Assembly: GCA_963665295.1 (NCBI GenBank)
Contig: OY762209.1
Span: 3,872,001 to 3,936,000 of the forward strand
Length of the DNA: 64,000 bases
Reading direction: 5' to 3'
Source: Syntrophorhabdaceae bacterium
Lineage (GTDB): Bacteria; Desulfobacterota; Syntrophorhabdia; Syntrophorhabdales; Syntrophorhabdaceae
Shown: piece by piece, positions 31,250 through 41,633 of the stretch
Layout of the letters: every line of letters starts with the position of its first letter
How positions within the stretch are numbered: position 1 is the first letter of the stretch
Notes under the pieces: model-generated
Databases searched by the model: none
What the model saw: the letters and a program-made list of their open reading frames with translations, nothing else
Told to the model about the DNA's origin: nothing
Made by a program: the position numbers and the translations under genes

Positions 31250-31840
31250 ATGAAGATAAGAAGGGCAGTAGTGAGTGTTTCCAGCAAAAGCGGCTTGTCG
31301 GATCTGGCCCTGCTTTTGAAGGACTATGGGGTGGAAATACTGTCCACCGGCGGTACCAAAAAATTCCTCGACAGTATTGGTGTCAACCCCATCGAGGTAA
31401 GCGCGTACACGGGCTTTCCCGAGATAATGGACGGCAGGGTCAAGACCCTCCATCCCAAAGTGCATGGAGGCATCCTTAATATACGGGATGATGCCGAGCA
31501 TCAGGCGGCAATGCAGTCCTTAGGCATAAAACACATCGATATGATCGTGGTGAATCTCTATCCTTTTAAAGAAGTGGTCGGCAAGGGATGCACCTTCGAG
31601 GAAGCCATCGAAAACATAGATATAGGCGGTCCCTCCATGATCAGGGCGGCGGCGAAGAACTTCAAATACGTCACCGTGGTAGTAGATCCCGAGGATTACG
31701 GGAAGGTTATAGCGGACATGAAAGCCCACAACGGCGAGACAACCGAGGAATTGAGGTTCTATCTCGCAAAAAAGGTCTTCTATCTCACCTCGGATTACGA
31801 TAAGGCCATCTACACATACCTCTCGGAAGCAAAGCGCTGA
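31250..31840 (+). CDS. purH: IMP cyclohydrolase (PurH N-terminal domain only, 196 aa)
   Basis: [47 protein letters not shown]; stops before the transformylase domain. Confidence 0.88.
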   Translation: MKIRRAVVSVSSKSGLSDLALLLKDYGVEILSTGGTKKFLDSIGVNPIEVSAYTGFPEIMDGRVKTLHPKVHGGILNIRDDAEHQAAMQSLGIKHIDMIVVNLYPFKEVVGKGCTFEEAIENIDIGGPSMIRAAAKNFKYVTVVVDPEDYGKVIADMKAHNGETTEELRFYLAKKVFYLTSDYDKAIYTYLSEAKR

Positions 31841-31866
31841 TTCCGGGCGGATAAGGAAGGAGAGGA

Positions 31867-33147
31867 ATGAAAGTTCTTGTAATAGGAAGCGGCGGCAGGG
31901 AACATGCCCTCGTTTGGAAATTATCACAGTCAAGATTGGTGGATTCCATATTCTGTGCACCGGGAAACGGCGGCATCTCGGATATAGCCGACTGTGTGGA
32001 TATAAGTGCCAACGATATCGAAGGATTGCTGCGTTTTGCGAAGCAGGAGAGGGTAGGGCTTGTCGTGGTAGGACCGGAGAACCCCCTCGCTTCGGGCATC
32101 GTTGACCTCTTTAAGAAGACGGACATACCCATTTTCGGACCCTGTATGGACGGAGCCCGAATGGAGGCGAGCAAGATATTCTCCAAAAAGTTGATGGAGG
32201 AGAACGGGATTCCCACTGCCCCCTTCAGGCCCTTCGTCGACTATGGTGAAGCAGCGCGGCACTTAAGCGAAATCACACCGCCATATGTCATAAAAGCCGA
32301 TGGACTGTGCGCGGGGAAAGGCGCCTATGTCATATGGGACAGCAAAGAGGGAGAAAAGGTTCTGCGAGACCTCATGGTTGACAGGATTTACGGGGACGCC
32401 GGAGCCAGGATCATTATCGAGGGTTTTCTCCCCGGCATCGAGGCATCCTATCTCGCCTTCACCGACGGAAAGACCATTCTGCCCATGCTTCCGTCCCAGG
32501 ACCACAAGCCCCTTCTTGACAACGACAAGGGGCCGAATACGGGTGGCATGGGGGCTTACACTCCTGTACCCTTCGTGGATAGGGACCTGGAAGACGTGAT
32601 CAACGCGCGGATCATGAGGAAAACCATTGAAGCCCTGGCAAGCAAGGGGATTGAATACAAAGGCGTTCTTTACGGCGGGTTGATGATAAAAGACCGTGAC
32701 CCTTATGTCGTCGAATTTAACGCACGTCTTGGCGATCCCGAGACACAGCCGATTCTCTTCAAGATGGAGAGCGATATCGTGCCCATTCTCCTTGCTTGTA
32801 CGGAGGGAAAACTCGATACGGTCCCCGAGATAAAATGGAAACCGGGCGTTTCCCTGTGCGTGGTCCTTGCGTCAAAAGGCTATCCCGATGCACCGGAGAA
32901 AGGGAAGATTATAGAGGGCCTCGCTGACCTCAGGGGCACTGATAAGGCCATGGTATTCCACGCCGGTACAAAAAAGACGGGAAACGAGTACTATACGTCG
33001 GGTGGAAGGGTTCTTGGGGTTACGGGTATAGGTGAGACCTATGGCGACGCCATAAGGAACGTCTATGATGCGGTTTCCTGCATTCGGTTCGAGGGAATGC
33101 AGTTCAGGAAGGACATTGGTGCCAAAGCGCTTAATTTCATTAAATAA
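31867..33147 (+). CDS. purD: Phosphoribosylamine-glycine ligase
   Basis: GSGGREHAL, KADGLCAGKG, QDHK, GPNTGGMGAY, EFNARLGDPE, GGRVL. Confidence 0.97.
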   Translation: MKVLVIGSGGREHALVWKLSQSRLVDSIFCAPGNGGISDIADCVDISANDIEGLLRFAKQERVGLVVVGPENPLASGIVDLFKKTDIPIFGPCMDGARMEASKIFSKKLMEENGIPTAPFRPFVDYGEAARHLSEITPPYVIKADGLCAGKGAYVIWDSKEGEKVLRDLMVDRIYGDAGARIIIEGFLPGIEASYLAFTDGKTILPMLPSQDHKPLLDNDKGPNTGGMGAYTPVPFVDRDLEDVINARIMRKTIEALASKGIEYKGVLYGGLMIKDRDPYVVEFNARLGDPETQPILFKMESDIVPILLACTEGKLDTVPEIKWKPGVSLCVVLASKGYPDAPEKGKIIEGLADLRGTDKAMVFHAGTKKTGNEYYTSGGRVLGVTGIGETYGDAIRNVYDAVSCIRFEGMQFRKDIGAKALNFIK

Positions 33148-33160
33148 AGGAGTATTTAAC

Positions 33161-34228
33161 ATGAGTAGAGCATACGATATAGCAGTTATTCCCGGAGACG
33201 GTACAGGCCCCGAGGTAGTTGCGGAAGGTATAAAAGTCCTCAACGCCGCATCGGCGAGGCTGGGATTTACCCTGAATTATACCCATTATGACATAGGCGG
33301 GGAAAGGTACCTCAGAACCAACGAAACCCTGCCTGACAGCGTTCTTCAAGAATTGAGGCAGTATAAGGCCATACTCCTGGGCGCCATAGGCCATCCTGAT
33401 GTAAAGCCGGGTATCCTCGAAAAGGAAATTCTCCTGAGAACGCGCTTTGAGCTCGACCAGTACATCAACCTTCGGCCGGTCAAGTTGTATGAAGGCGTCG
33501 ATACCCCCCTCAAAAATAAGGGACCGAAGGAAATCGACTTCGTGGTGGTAAGGGAGAACACGGAAGGCCTCTACGCGGGAGCGGGAGGCGTTCTCAAGAA
33601 AGGCACGAAGGATGAGGTCGCTATCCAGGAATCCATCAATACCCGCAAGGGAGTGGAGAGATGCCTCAGGTTCGCCTTCGAGTACACGAAGAAACGTAAC
33701 AAGGATAACAAGCTCACTCTATGCGGCAAAACAAATGTGCTCACCTATGCATTCAACCTCTGGGAAAGGGCTTTTTACGAGGTTGGCAAAGAGTATCCCG
33801 GCATCACCACGGATTACGCCCATGTAGACGCGACTTGCATGTGGATGGTTAAGAACCCCGAATGGTTTGATGTTATTGTTACCGATAACATGTTCGGAGA
33901 CATCATTACCGACCTGGGAGCCATGATTCAGGGCGGCATGGGCGTCGCGTGCGGAGGCAATATCAACCCCGAGGGTGTTTCCATGTTCGAACCTATCGGC
34001 GGCTCGGCACCCAAATATACAGGAAAGAACGTGATCAATCCTCTCGCGGCAATCCTTGCAGGTGGAATGCTCCTTGAATTCATCGGCGAACAGGCAGGGG
34101 CCGACCTCATCGAGAACGCGGTGCGGTTTGCGATAAAGAAGGACATCAAGTCGCAGGACGCGGGCAAGATGGGCATGGGTACACGGGAGGTCGGAGACCT
34201 TGTCGCAGGGATCGTGGCGACCCTTTAG
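33161..34228 (+). CDS. leuB: 3-isopropylmalate dehydrogenase family enzyme
   Basis: [43 protein letters not shown] 33161 after AAGGAG. Confidence 0.85.
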   Translation: MSRAYDIAVIPGDGTGPEVVAEGIKVLNAASARLGFTLNYTHYDIGGERYLRTNETLPDSVLQELRQYKAILLGAIGHPDVKPGILEKEILLRTRFELDQYINLRPVKLYEGVDTPLKNKGPKEIDFVVVRENTEGLYAGAGGVLKKGTKDEVAIQESINTRKGVERCLRFAFEYTKKRNKDNKLTLCGKTNVLTYAFNLWERAFYEVGKEYPGITTDYAHVDATCMWMVKNPEWFDVIVTDNMFGDIITDLGAMIQGGMGVACGGNINPEGVSMFEPIGGSAPKYTGKNVINPLAAILAGGMLLEFIGEQAGADLIENAVRFAIKKDIKSQDAGKMGMGTREVGDLVAGIVATL

Positions 34229-34497
34229 TCTTCGTCGGCGTTATGGTTCAGATCTTTTAATTTTTTGCTCAGGGTATTTCTGTTGATACCGAGCAGCTTG
34301 GCTGCCTGCGTGACATTGTTGTTCTTGATCCGCATGGCAGCCGCAATGAAGATCCTCTCGATGGTCTGATGCACATCCAGGAGTATGTTATCGTCATTAT
34401 GTTTTGCCGACAGCAGGCTGTCCACTATACGTTCAAGTTTTACTTCAACAAGCTTGCAGACATTGTTGGGATCATTGCTTATTATGTTGTCAGCCAT
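34225..34497 (-). CDS. Stand-alone Fis-family HTH protein
   Basis: C-terminal NNVTQAAKLLGINRNTLSKKL; about 90 aa; exact start uncertain (34497 or 34509). Confidence 0.8.
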   Translation of the reverse strand: MADNIISNDPNNVCKLVEVKLERIVDSLLSAKHNDDNILLDVHQTIERIFIAAAMRIKNNNVTQAAKLLGINRNTLSKKLKDLNHNADED

Positions 34498-34573
34498 ATG
34501 TATGAGCACGTTATATTCTCTTTTCCCTGTGAGTAAGAATCAATCCTGCCACCCCCCGATGAATGTAATTTTA

Positions 34574-34602
34574 AGTCTACAAAAAGCCCTTTTTCTTGTC
34601 AA
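34574..34602 (-). promoter_or_regulatory. Sigma70-like promoter of the Fis-like gene
   Basis: Minus strand TTGACA-17 nt-TAGACT. Confidence 0.55.
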
Positions 34603-34695
34603 GACCAATAACGGGTTTTTCGGCTTCTTTGCATTAGTACTGATAAGAGATATTATGTTAACTTATTGAACTATCCATTATCGTCCGCTCAAAAC

Positions 34696-34926
34696 CTACA
34701 CCACTATAACCCTGTCCGGATCGGGTAGCCTCAACACGAACTCCTTCACTTCTTCAAATTCGGTATCCGTAAGGTGCTTGCCCCGTTCCAGTCTGATGAA
34801 ATTCTGTCCTCCCGCCTTCTCAGTGGGGAAAGTAAACCCGAAGTCTATATGGTTTTCCTCCGCGCGGACGTAGGTGATCGTTTCCAGGTTGATAACGTAG
34901 TACTTGATTCTCACAAATTCAGACAC
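34696..34926 (-). CDS. Hypothetical protein (76 aa), last gene of the RND operon
   Basis: GGAGGTG RBS, GTG start 18 nt after the RND stop, globular-looking sequence. Confidence 0.65.
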   Translation of the reverse strand: MSEFVRIKYYVINLETITYVRAEENHIDFGFTFPTEKAGGQNFIRLERGKHLTDTEFEEVKEFVLRLPDPDRVIVV

Positions 34927-34944
34927 TGCTGCACCTCCAAAGGA

Positions 34945-37900
34945 TCATTCGTTTACCTCGACAAACTTGAAAAGCAAAGGCACCACCACAAGCAGAATGG
35001 CGGTCCCAATGAGCATACCGCCCACTACGACGATGGCAAGCGGTTTCTGGACCTGACTCCCTACGCCGTGGGATAACGCTGCAGGCAGCAGGCCGAGAGA
35101 CGCCACCAGACCGACCATGAGTATGGACCTGAACTTCTCCTGTATGGTTTCAAGGGTTGCCTTCTCTTTGTTTTTGATCTCCTTGTACACTTCTATATAA
35201 TGGTTTATCACAATGCACGTGTCGAAGGCGGATATACCTATCACCGATACAAACCCTACTATGGCGGATATACTCAGGGATTGCCCTGTGAGGAGGAGAC
35301 TTACGACCCCGCCAAAGACGGTACAGATGGGCGCAACGATTGTAAGGAGCGTATTCCTGAGATTGCCGTAAAACATGTACAGAAGTATAACGATCAAAAA
35401 GACGGCAATGGGTATGGAAATATAGAACCTCTGAAAGGCCGCCTTCATCTCGTTAAACATACCGCTCCACTGCATATAGTAACCCTCGGGCATCTTGATC
35501 TTCGCCACTTGCGCCTGGGCCTTTTCCACGGTGCCTCCGAGGTTTTTGGAGGCCACATTGAACTTGACCGGTATGTACCTCTTGTAATTCTCTCTGTATA
35601 CGAAGGATGCACCCGTCGTATAGTGTATCTTCGCCACGCGGGAGAGAGGTACAACTCCACCGGATTGCAGCACTATGGGAATACCCGCTATCTTCTCGGG
35701 CTGTTGCCTGTAGGTATACGGAAAGCTTACCTGGAGGGCGAAGTTCTTTTCTCCCTCTATGATCTGGCTTACTACCCTGCCTCCCAGGGCTGCCGATACC
35801 ATGTCCAGGATCTCCTGAACGCTTAACCCGACAGCCGCGGCATTTTCTCTGTCCACCTCGATCAAAAGGTTCGGCTGTCCTATTTCCCGGTATATGCCTA
35901 CATCTTTCACATCGGGGATCACGTCAAGCTTTGCCTTGACCTCCAGCGCAAGCCTGTCGAGTTCGTACAGGTCTTCTCCGATGATCTTCACCGCATTTTC
36001 GCCCTTTACGCCCGAGGTCATCTCTTCGAGGTTATCCTGCATGTACTGGGAGACGTTGATGCTCACGTTAGGAAAGAGATTCGTCAGCTTTTGCCTTATT
36101 TCTTCTTCCAGGTGTTCCTTGGTAATGTTTCTTTTCCAGGTGTTGTAAGGCTTCAGGCCCACAAAATATTCGCTATTGAACGGGCCTGTGGCATCGGTGC
36201 CGTCCTCGGGACGCCCGACGCGAACAGCGATGGTTTTCACTTCGTCAAACGTCATGAAGACGTCCCTCGCCTTTTTCGCATTTTCATGGGTCTTGTTGAG
36301 GGAGATGGAATAGGGAAAGGTTATCCTCGTATATATGTTGCCCTCGTCCATTTTGGGGAGGAACTGAGTGCCTATAAACGCATAACCGGCGATGAATCCC
36401 GCAAGAATTACGGAAAAAACGATAATCAGGACGGTTTTTGAGTTCTTGAGGAGAAAAGCCACGACCCGCGAGTAAAACTGCCCCATCGCCTCGACGAACT
36501 TGAAATCCTTCCCTTCATGTCCCTCCAGGAACCTGTGTATGGACGCGCTAAGGTAAGTGAACGTCAGGAGAAGGGTGAAGAAAAGGGCATAGGAGTATGT
36601 CTTCGCCATGGGCGAAAAGATCTGCTTTTCCGCCCCCTTCATAGTAAAAATGGGTATAAAGGCGATGACGATAATCGCGACGAGCAACATTATCGGGGCC
36701 CCCACCTCCCCTATCGCCTTAACCAGCGACCTGTCGGAAGAGGTGAGTTTCTTGGCCGCCTGTTTCCTTGCCACCCGAACATAATTTTCGGTAAGTACGA
36801 GGGCAATATCGGCGATAATGCCGAAGTCTATGGCTCCTATGGAGAGGAGGTTCGCCGACTCGCCGGTTATTGCCATGACGGCAAGGGTGATGCCCAGGGA
36901 AATGGGTATTACAAGGGCGGTAATCACCGCTGCTCTCAGGTTCCCCAGGAACAGGAAGAGGGCAACCCCCACAAGGAGAACCCCTGTGGCCGCCGTTTCT
37001 ATGACCTTCTTTATGACGCTGTTGATGAGTTCCGACCTTTCGTAGTAGGGGACTATCTTTATACCCTTGGGGAGTATCTTGTCGTTAAGCTCCGCCACCT
37101 TTTCGTTTATCGATTTGATGGAGGGAATGCTCTTTTCCCCTCGCCTCAGGATTACGTTGCCCATCACCACGTCGTCGTGGCGGTCATGTATCACGATTCC
37201 GGTCCGTGGTTTATTACCGAGGGTTACTTCGGCGATATTCTCGATGAGCACGGCCTTTCCCTGCTTGTACGTGACGACAGTATTTCCTATATCGGAAAGG
37301 CTCTTTATGAGGCCCAGGCCCCTCACCATATAATACTGGTCACCCAGTTCAATGGTCCTTCCTCCTACGCTGACATTTGACTTGGACAGAGCCTCCAATA
37401 CCTGCGAGAGCGTTATACCATACTTGATAAGGTCTTCCGGGATGACTTTCACCACGTAGGCCTTGATAAAACCTCCGTAATTGGCCACATCCTCCACGCC
37501 GTGTGCGGTCTTCAGGTACCTTCCCACGGTCCAGTCCTGAAGGGTCCTCAGTTCCATGAGGTTGTTCGAACCGTAGAGAATGTATTGCATCACCTCTCCC
37601 ATGGGGCTGGGGATAAGGTTTGGCTGGATACCGTCAGGCAATGCAATATCGGCGAGCCGGTTGATCACTTCCTGTCGGGCCTCTCTATAAGGCATATCAT
37701 AGGAAAACTTACACTTAATATCCGACAGGCCGTAGAGGGACGCCGAGTTTATCCTCTCCAGTCCCCTCATCCCGGCGAGTCCTACCTCTATGGGGATGGT
37801 GATCCTTCGCTCCACCTCTTCTGCCGATTTTCCTTCGTAGATGCTTACAATTTCGACCATGGGCGGCGACGGGTCCGGAAAGGCCTCCACGTTAAGGTCC

Positions 37901-37992
37901 TTTACCACGAAGAGAGACATAAAGAACGTGGTGAGAACAAGTATCAGCAGTATTCCGCTGTGAGTTGTGACGAATACGGTAAGCTTTCTCAT
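34945..37992 (-). CDS. CusA/CzcA-type heavy-metal efflux RND permease
   Basis: EAFPD, AEEVE..TIPIE, SIGAIDFGIIAD..EN, FLPKMDEG, VQKPLAIVVVGG. Confidence 0.9.
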   Translation of the reverse strand: MRKLTVFVTTHSGILLILVLTTFFMSLFVVKDLNVEAFPDPSPPMVEIVSIYEGKSAEEVERRITIPIEVGLAGMRGLERINSASLYGLSDIKCKFSYDMPYREARQEVINRLADIALPDGIQPNLIPSPMGEVMQYILYGSNNLMELRTLQDWTVGRYLKTAHGVEDVANYGGFIKAYVVKVIPEDLIKYGITLSQVLEALSKSNVSVGGRTIELGDQYYMVRGLGLIKSLSDIGNTVVTYKQGKAVLIENIAEVTLGNKPRTGIVIHDRHDDVVMGNVILRRGEKSIPSIKSINEKVAELNDKILPKGIKIVPYYERSELINSVIKKVIETAATGVLLVGVALFLFLGNLRAAVITALVIPISLGITLAVMAITGESANLLSIGAIDFGIIADIALVLTENYVRVARKQAAKKLTSSDRSLVKAIGEVGAPIMLLVAIIVIAFIPIFTMKGAEKQIFSPMAKTYSYALFFTLLLTFTYLSASIHRFLEGHEGKDFKFVEAMGQFYSRVVAFLLKNSKTVLIIVFSVILAGFIAGYAFIGTQFLPKMDEGNIYTRITFPYSISLNKTHENAKKARDVFMTFDEVKTIAVRVGRPEDGTDATGPFNSEYFVGLKPYNTWKRNITKEHLEEEIRQKLTNLFPNVSINVSQYMQDNLEEMTSGVKGENAVKIIGEDLYELDRLALEVKAKLDVIPDVKDVGIYREIGQPNLLIEVDRENAAAVGLSVQEILDMVSAALGGRVVSQIIEGEKNFALQVSFPYTYRQQPEKIAGIPIVLQSGGVVPLSRVAKIHYTTGASFVYRENYKRYIPVKFNVASKNLGGTVEKAQAQVAKIKMPEGYYMQWSGMFNEMKAAFQRFYISIPIAVFLIVILLYMFYGNLRNTLLTIVAPICTVFGGVVSLLLTGQSLSISAIVGFVSVIGISAFDTCIVINHYIEVYKEIKNKEKATLETIQEKFRSILMVGLVASLGLLPAALSHGVGSQVQKPLAIVVVGGMLIGTAILLVVVPLLFKFVEVNE

Positions 37993-39068
37993 GGTTTTTC
38001 AAGCTCGATGGCTGAAAGGATGATTTCCTGGCCTTCTTTCAGGCCTTCGACAGCCATATATTTGCCGGAGACCTCACGAAAAGGTTTTATTTCCTTCAAT
38101 TCGCACATCCCCTCTTTTCCTTTTGTGGGACAATATACATAAAATTTGCCTTCCCGGTAAACCATGGCGGACTGAGGTATCATGGGAAGAAGCTTCCTCT
38201 GATCCTGGATCATGAGTTTCAGGAACATGTTCTGTTTAAAAGACTCCTTCTTCCCGAGAAGCTTTATGAAGGTCTTGACGGTTTTGGAATCTTGGTCCGA
38301 TACATCGCTCACATAGTTGATGACGCCTTTGAAAGGAGAATTGGGGTAGACGTCCACGTAAAACGTGACGTCGCTGCCCTTCCTGACCCTCGGAATGTCG
38401 GTGTCGTAAATATTAGCCACAATTATAATATTTGAAGGATCCGCGATTGTCATGAGCGGGCTCGATGTGTCGACTTTGTCCCCTATATGGGTCTGAATGT
38501 CCGCAACATAACCGTTCATGGGGGCTTTTATGAGCACCGCATCCGGCGCCGGTCGTTTCGCCTCCCCCTTTTCGTCTACTGAATACCCATAGATGCTCAG
38601 CTTGTTTTTGAGACCCTCCACGACCGCAGTTAACTGTTTTGCGCCGGCCTCACTATTTAACACATCATTTTTGGTTACCGCTCCTACCTCGAAGAGCTGC
38701 GTGTTCAACTTGTACACCCTCTCCGCCTGGTTCAACTGGGCCACAGCGCCGAGGTAACTCGAATACGCATCGGTCACTTCGGGAGATATGATAGACACAA
38801 GGGGGTCGCCTTTCTTCACGCTGTCCCCGGCCTTTACAAATATCCGGTAGACCGTTCCCGCAAGATAGGGCAGTATTTTCGAGCTTCCGCCCAGGTCGGG
38901 CTGCACGCTTCCCGTGGCCTCGATATAGGTGATTACTTCGCTCGTGGAGACCTTGTATGTCTTGAGTTCCCGCTTTTCCTGCTTTGCCGTGCCCTGCCCT
39001 CCCCTGCTGCACCCGGTGGCAACAATAGCCACCAGCACCAGAATGGATAGAAAGAGTCTCTTCTTCAT
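37989..39068 (-). CDS. RND periplasmic adaptor (membrane fusion lipoprotein)
   Basis: Lipobox ATGC, GDSVKKGDPL, IKAPMNG; located between the OM factor and the RND permease. Confidence 0.9.
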   Translation of the reverse strand: MKKRLFLSILVLVAIVATGCSRGGQGTAKQEKRELKTYKVSTSEVITYIEATGSVQPDLGGSSKILPYLAGTVYRIFVKAGDSVKKGDPLVSIISPEVTDAYSSYLGAVAQLNQAERVYKLNTQLFEVGAVTKNDVLNSEAGAKQLTAVVEGLKNKLSIYGYSVDEKGEAKRPAPDAVLIKAPMNGYVADIQTHIGDKVDTSSPLMTIADPSNIIIVANIYDTDIPRVRKGSDVTFYVDVYPNSPFKGVINYVSDVSDQDSKTVKTFIKLLGKKESFKQNMFLKLMIQDQRKLLPMIPQSAMVYREGKFYVYCPTKGKEGMCELKEIKPFREVSGKYMAVEGLKEGQEIILSAIELEKP

Positions 39069-40321
39069 TATCTTATTTCCCCTGTATAGACCTTTAAAAG
39101 CTCTTTATTGAGCGCCGCTTGCGTAAGGGCCTGATTATATTTCGTTATATATTCACGGTATGTCTTCTGGGTATCGAGAAGTTCGAGCACCGTGATGCCT
39201 CCGAGAGAAAAGGCCTTTTCCGTATTGATAAGGAGATCGCCCACCTCTTTCTTCCTGGTCTTATAGGAGGTAAATATGGTGACCCCGGACTTGTAGATAT
39301 TGAGGGCCTGATTCAGTTCCGTCTCCATCCTTCCCTTCACCCGGGAGATAAGGACCTCCGTCTGTTTGAACTCGGCAGTCCGCTTGAGTATCTCACCCTG
39401 ATATCTATTGAATAGGGGAAGGGGCACGCTGAAGCCGACACCTATGCCGTTTGTCGCGGGGTTTCCCGTAGAGTCCCATTCACCCCCCACGGTGACATCA
39501 GGAATCCTGGACGCCTTTGCGAGGGCCAGCGAGTACTCCGCAGCTTTTAGCTGTTTCTTTGCCGACAGGTAATCAAACCTGTTTTCGTAAGCCCTTTCAA
39601 GAAGTTCGGCGACCCGGAAGTCCTGGAAATCTTCCTGGACCTCATGTTTCTTCGGCGTGTATTTCGCGGCCGACCCGAGGAGAAAGTTGAAGGATTCCAA
39701 ATCATTGTTTAACTGGGCAGTAAGATTGGTTACGCTGTTTTCGAGGTCTATCCTGGCCAGTTTCAGTTTCGTATAGTCGATCAGGGACATGAATCCCGCC
39801 CTGAATCGCTTTTCCGCCACACCGAGCACCTTGTCGAACCTCGCGATTTCACCTTTTGCGAAGTCCAGATTGGCCATGTCGAGGTAGAGATTGAAATATG
39901 TAGTGTAGAAACCGATCAGAAGGTTCCGGATCACATCCCGGTGAGCCAGCTTTGATGCTTCGAGAGTCTCACTCGCCGAATTTGTCCGTAGGGTTCTTTT
40001 TCCCGCGGTTTCGATAAGTTGATCGATCCGGACCATTAACTGTGTATTGTCCCACCTGTGCGTATTCCACCGGCTCATGGCCAGATTGGTATAGCCTACA
40101 GTGAGATTGGGGTTTGGCCTCAACTTTGCCGTCACATAATCCGCATAACTCCGGTCAACTTCATACTTGCTTACAATGATGTCAAAATTGTTCTGGTAGA
40201 AGACTGTCAGAGCGTCCTCCATACCTATCTCTTCGGCGACGACGACTGCCGCCCCGAGGAAAACGATCCATGCGGCGTATAGGAAAAAAAGCGGTTTACA
40301 GGACCTTCGAACCCTCAGCAT
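39068..40321 (-). CDS. TolC/CzcC-like outer membrane efflux protein
   Basis: Signal peptide, RPNP, QLIETAGKR, SVPLPLFNR, ELLDTQK. Confidence 0.88.
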   Translation of the reverse strand: MLRVRRSCKPLFFLYAAWIVFLGAAVVVAEEIGMEDALTVFYQNNFDIIVSKYEVDRSYADYVTAKLRPNPNLTVGYTNLAMSRWNTHRWDNTQLMVRIDQLIETAGKRTLRTNSASETLEASKLAHRDVIRNLLIGFYTTYFNLYLDMANLDFAKGEIARFDKVLGVAEKRFRAGFMSLIDYTKLKLARIDLENSVTNLTAQLNNDLESFNFLLGSAAKYTPKKHEVQEDFQDFRVAELLERAYENRFDYLSAKKQLKAAEYSLALAKASRIPDVTVGGEWDSTGNPATNGIGVGFSVPLPLFNRYQGEILKRTAEFKQTEVLISRVKGRMETELNQALNIYKSGVTIFTSYKTRKKEVGDLLINTEKAFSLGGITVLELLDTQKTYREYITKYNQALTQAALNKELLKVYTGEIR

Positions 40322-40568
40322 GTGATGCTCATCTCCATTTCAAGGTCTTGGTCCCTCCGTGTACCCGGAGAGCCAAAAGCCATAAATCACGTTTACTTGG
40401 CCATATTTTCATGCAACCTGCGCCCCGCCCCACAATACGCCTGGAGTTCCCGAATGGATTTTCGGGGATGACCGATATCATGTTCACCGGAAAGCAACTC
40501 ACTCGAGATGCCCGATCGTGATTCGGTACAGGTGTTCCTCATCTAACCTACTTAGATGATAATACAGG

Positions 40569-40859
40569 TTATTCTGTTGGTGCTACGGGGGGCCCTCGAT
40601 ATATATGAAGAAAAAGTGTGGTCAGGCCGGTAAAGGGGGCGCAGTAATGAAAGGCGTAATACTGCGCATACCTGTTTACTTCTATGATACCCGGGTGATT
40701 CTCCGCTACAGCCATTTCTGCGTTTGATTCAAGGAAACCCGGGTACCTGAGCCACGGATATCCGTTGCTCTGGTAAATCTCGACAGTAAGAAAAGAAAAC
40801 AAGAAGACCGCCGCGAACAGGACGGAAATGGACCGCGGAAAAAATCGCGAATTAGACAT
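40569..40859 (-). CDS. Small upstream ORF (96 aa) with N-terminal hydrophobic segment and C-terminal RGPP motif; candidate arrest/leader peptide
   Basis: SISVLFAAVFLFSFLTV hydrophobic stretch, ends LHIYRGPPVAPTE; promoter-like sequence directly upstream. Confidence 0.6.
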   Translation of the reverse strand: MSNSRFFPRSISVLFAAVFLFSFLTVEIYQSNGYPWLRYPGFLESNAEMAVAENHPGIIEVNRYAQYYAFHYCAPFTGLTTLFLHIYRGPPVAPTE

Positions 40860-40870
40860 AGACAGATGTT

Positions 40871-40900
40871 ACTTTAAATCTTGTAATAGGTATATGTCAA
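40871..40900 (-). promoter_or_regulatory. Sigma70-like promoter for the leader ORF and RND operon
   Basis: Minus strand TTGACA-18 nt-TAAAGT, 11 nt before the ATG at 40859. Confidence 0.45.
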
Positions 40901-41619
40901 CTCAAAAATGCTTTCTTCATATCTTTTATTTCATGTTCTTCGAGATACCTGTATTCGCCCGGTTTGAGGTCCCCCAGTTTAATGCTCCCGATCCTGACAC
41001 GTTTCAACTTCAACACGTGATGTCCCATCTTTTCGCCGATCTTTCGTATCATCCTATTCTTTCCTTCCCGTGCGACGACCCTGTACCAGGTGTTCTGGAG
41101 CGACGATTTCACGTAGGAGATATCCTCAACCTTGTATACGGAACCATCGATAACCACACCCTGCTTCATTTCTTTGAGTTCATGTTGGCGAAGACCGCCT
41201 TTGAATTTTACGAGGTACTCTTTTTCAACCTCAAATTTTGGATGGGTTACCATGTTTGCGAACTCCCCGTCGTTGGTGAATATCATAAGCCCCTCGGAGT
41301 GGTAATCCAGCCTGCCGACAGGGAATAGATGGCCGTCCACGTGTATGAGCCGTCTTGCAATATCCCGGTCGTCATCGTATTTGAGATCCGACAGGACCTT
41401 GACGGGTTTATAAAGGGCGACATACAACTTGGCGGTATTGTCGTGCACGACCTGATTATCGACGGTCACGGTGTCGCGCTCGGGGACTATCTTGTAGCCC
41501 TGTTCCACCACAACAGTGCCGTTGACTTTAACCTTTCCTCCTGCGATGATCTCCTCCGCCTTCCGCCGCGAAGAAACACCGCAGTGGGAAAGAAATGCGG
41601 AGAGTCTTAATGTGTTCAT
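40897..41619 (-). CDS. rluB: rRNA pseudouridine synthase (RsuA/RluB family)
   Basis: S4 domain SRRKAEE, PVGRLDYHSEGL, EKEY, EGKNRMIR. Confidence 0.88.
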   Translation of the reverse strand: MNTLRLSAFLSHCGVSSRRKAEEIIAGGKVKVNGTVVVEQGYKIVPERDTVTVDNQVVHDNTAKLYVALYKPVKVLSDLKYDDDRDIARRLIHVDGHLFPVGRLDYHSEGLMIFTNDGEFANMVTHPKFEVEKEYLVKFKGGLRQHELKEMKQGVVIDGSVYKVEDISYVKSSLQNTWYRVVAREGKNRMIRKIGEKMGHHVLKLKRVRIGSIKLGDLKPGEYRYLEEHEIKDMKKAFLS

Positions 41620-41633
41620 CTATCGATCCTTTA

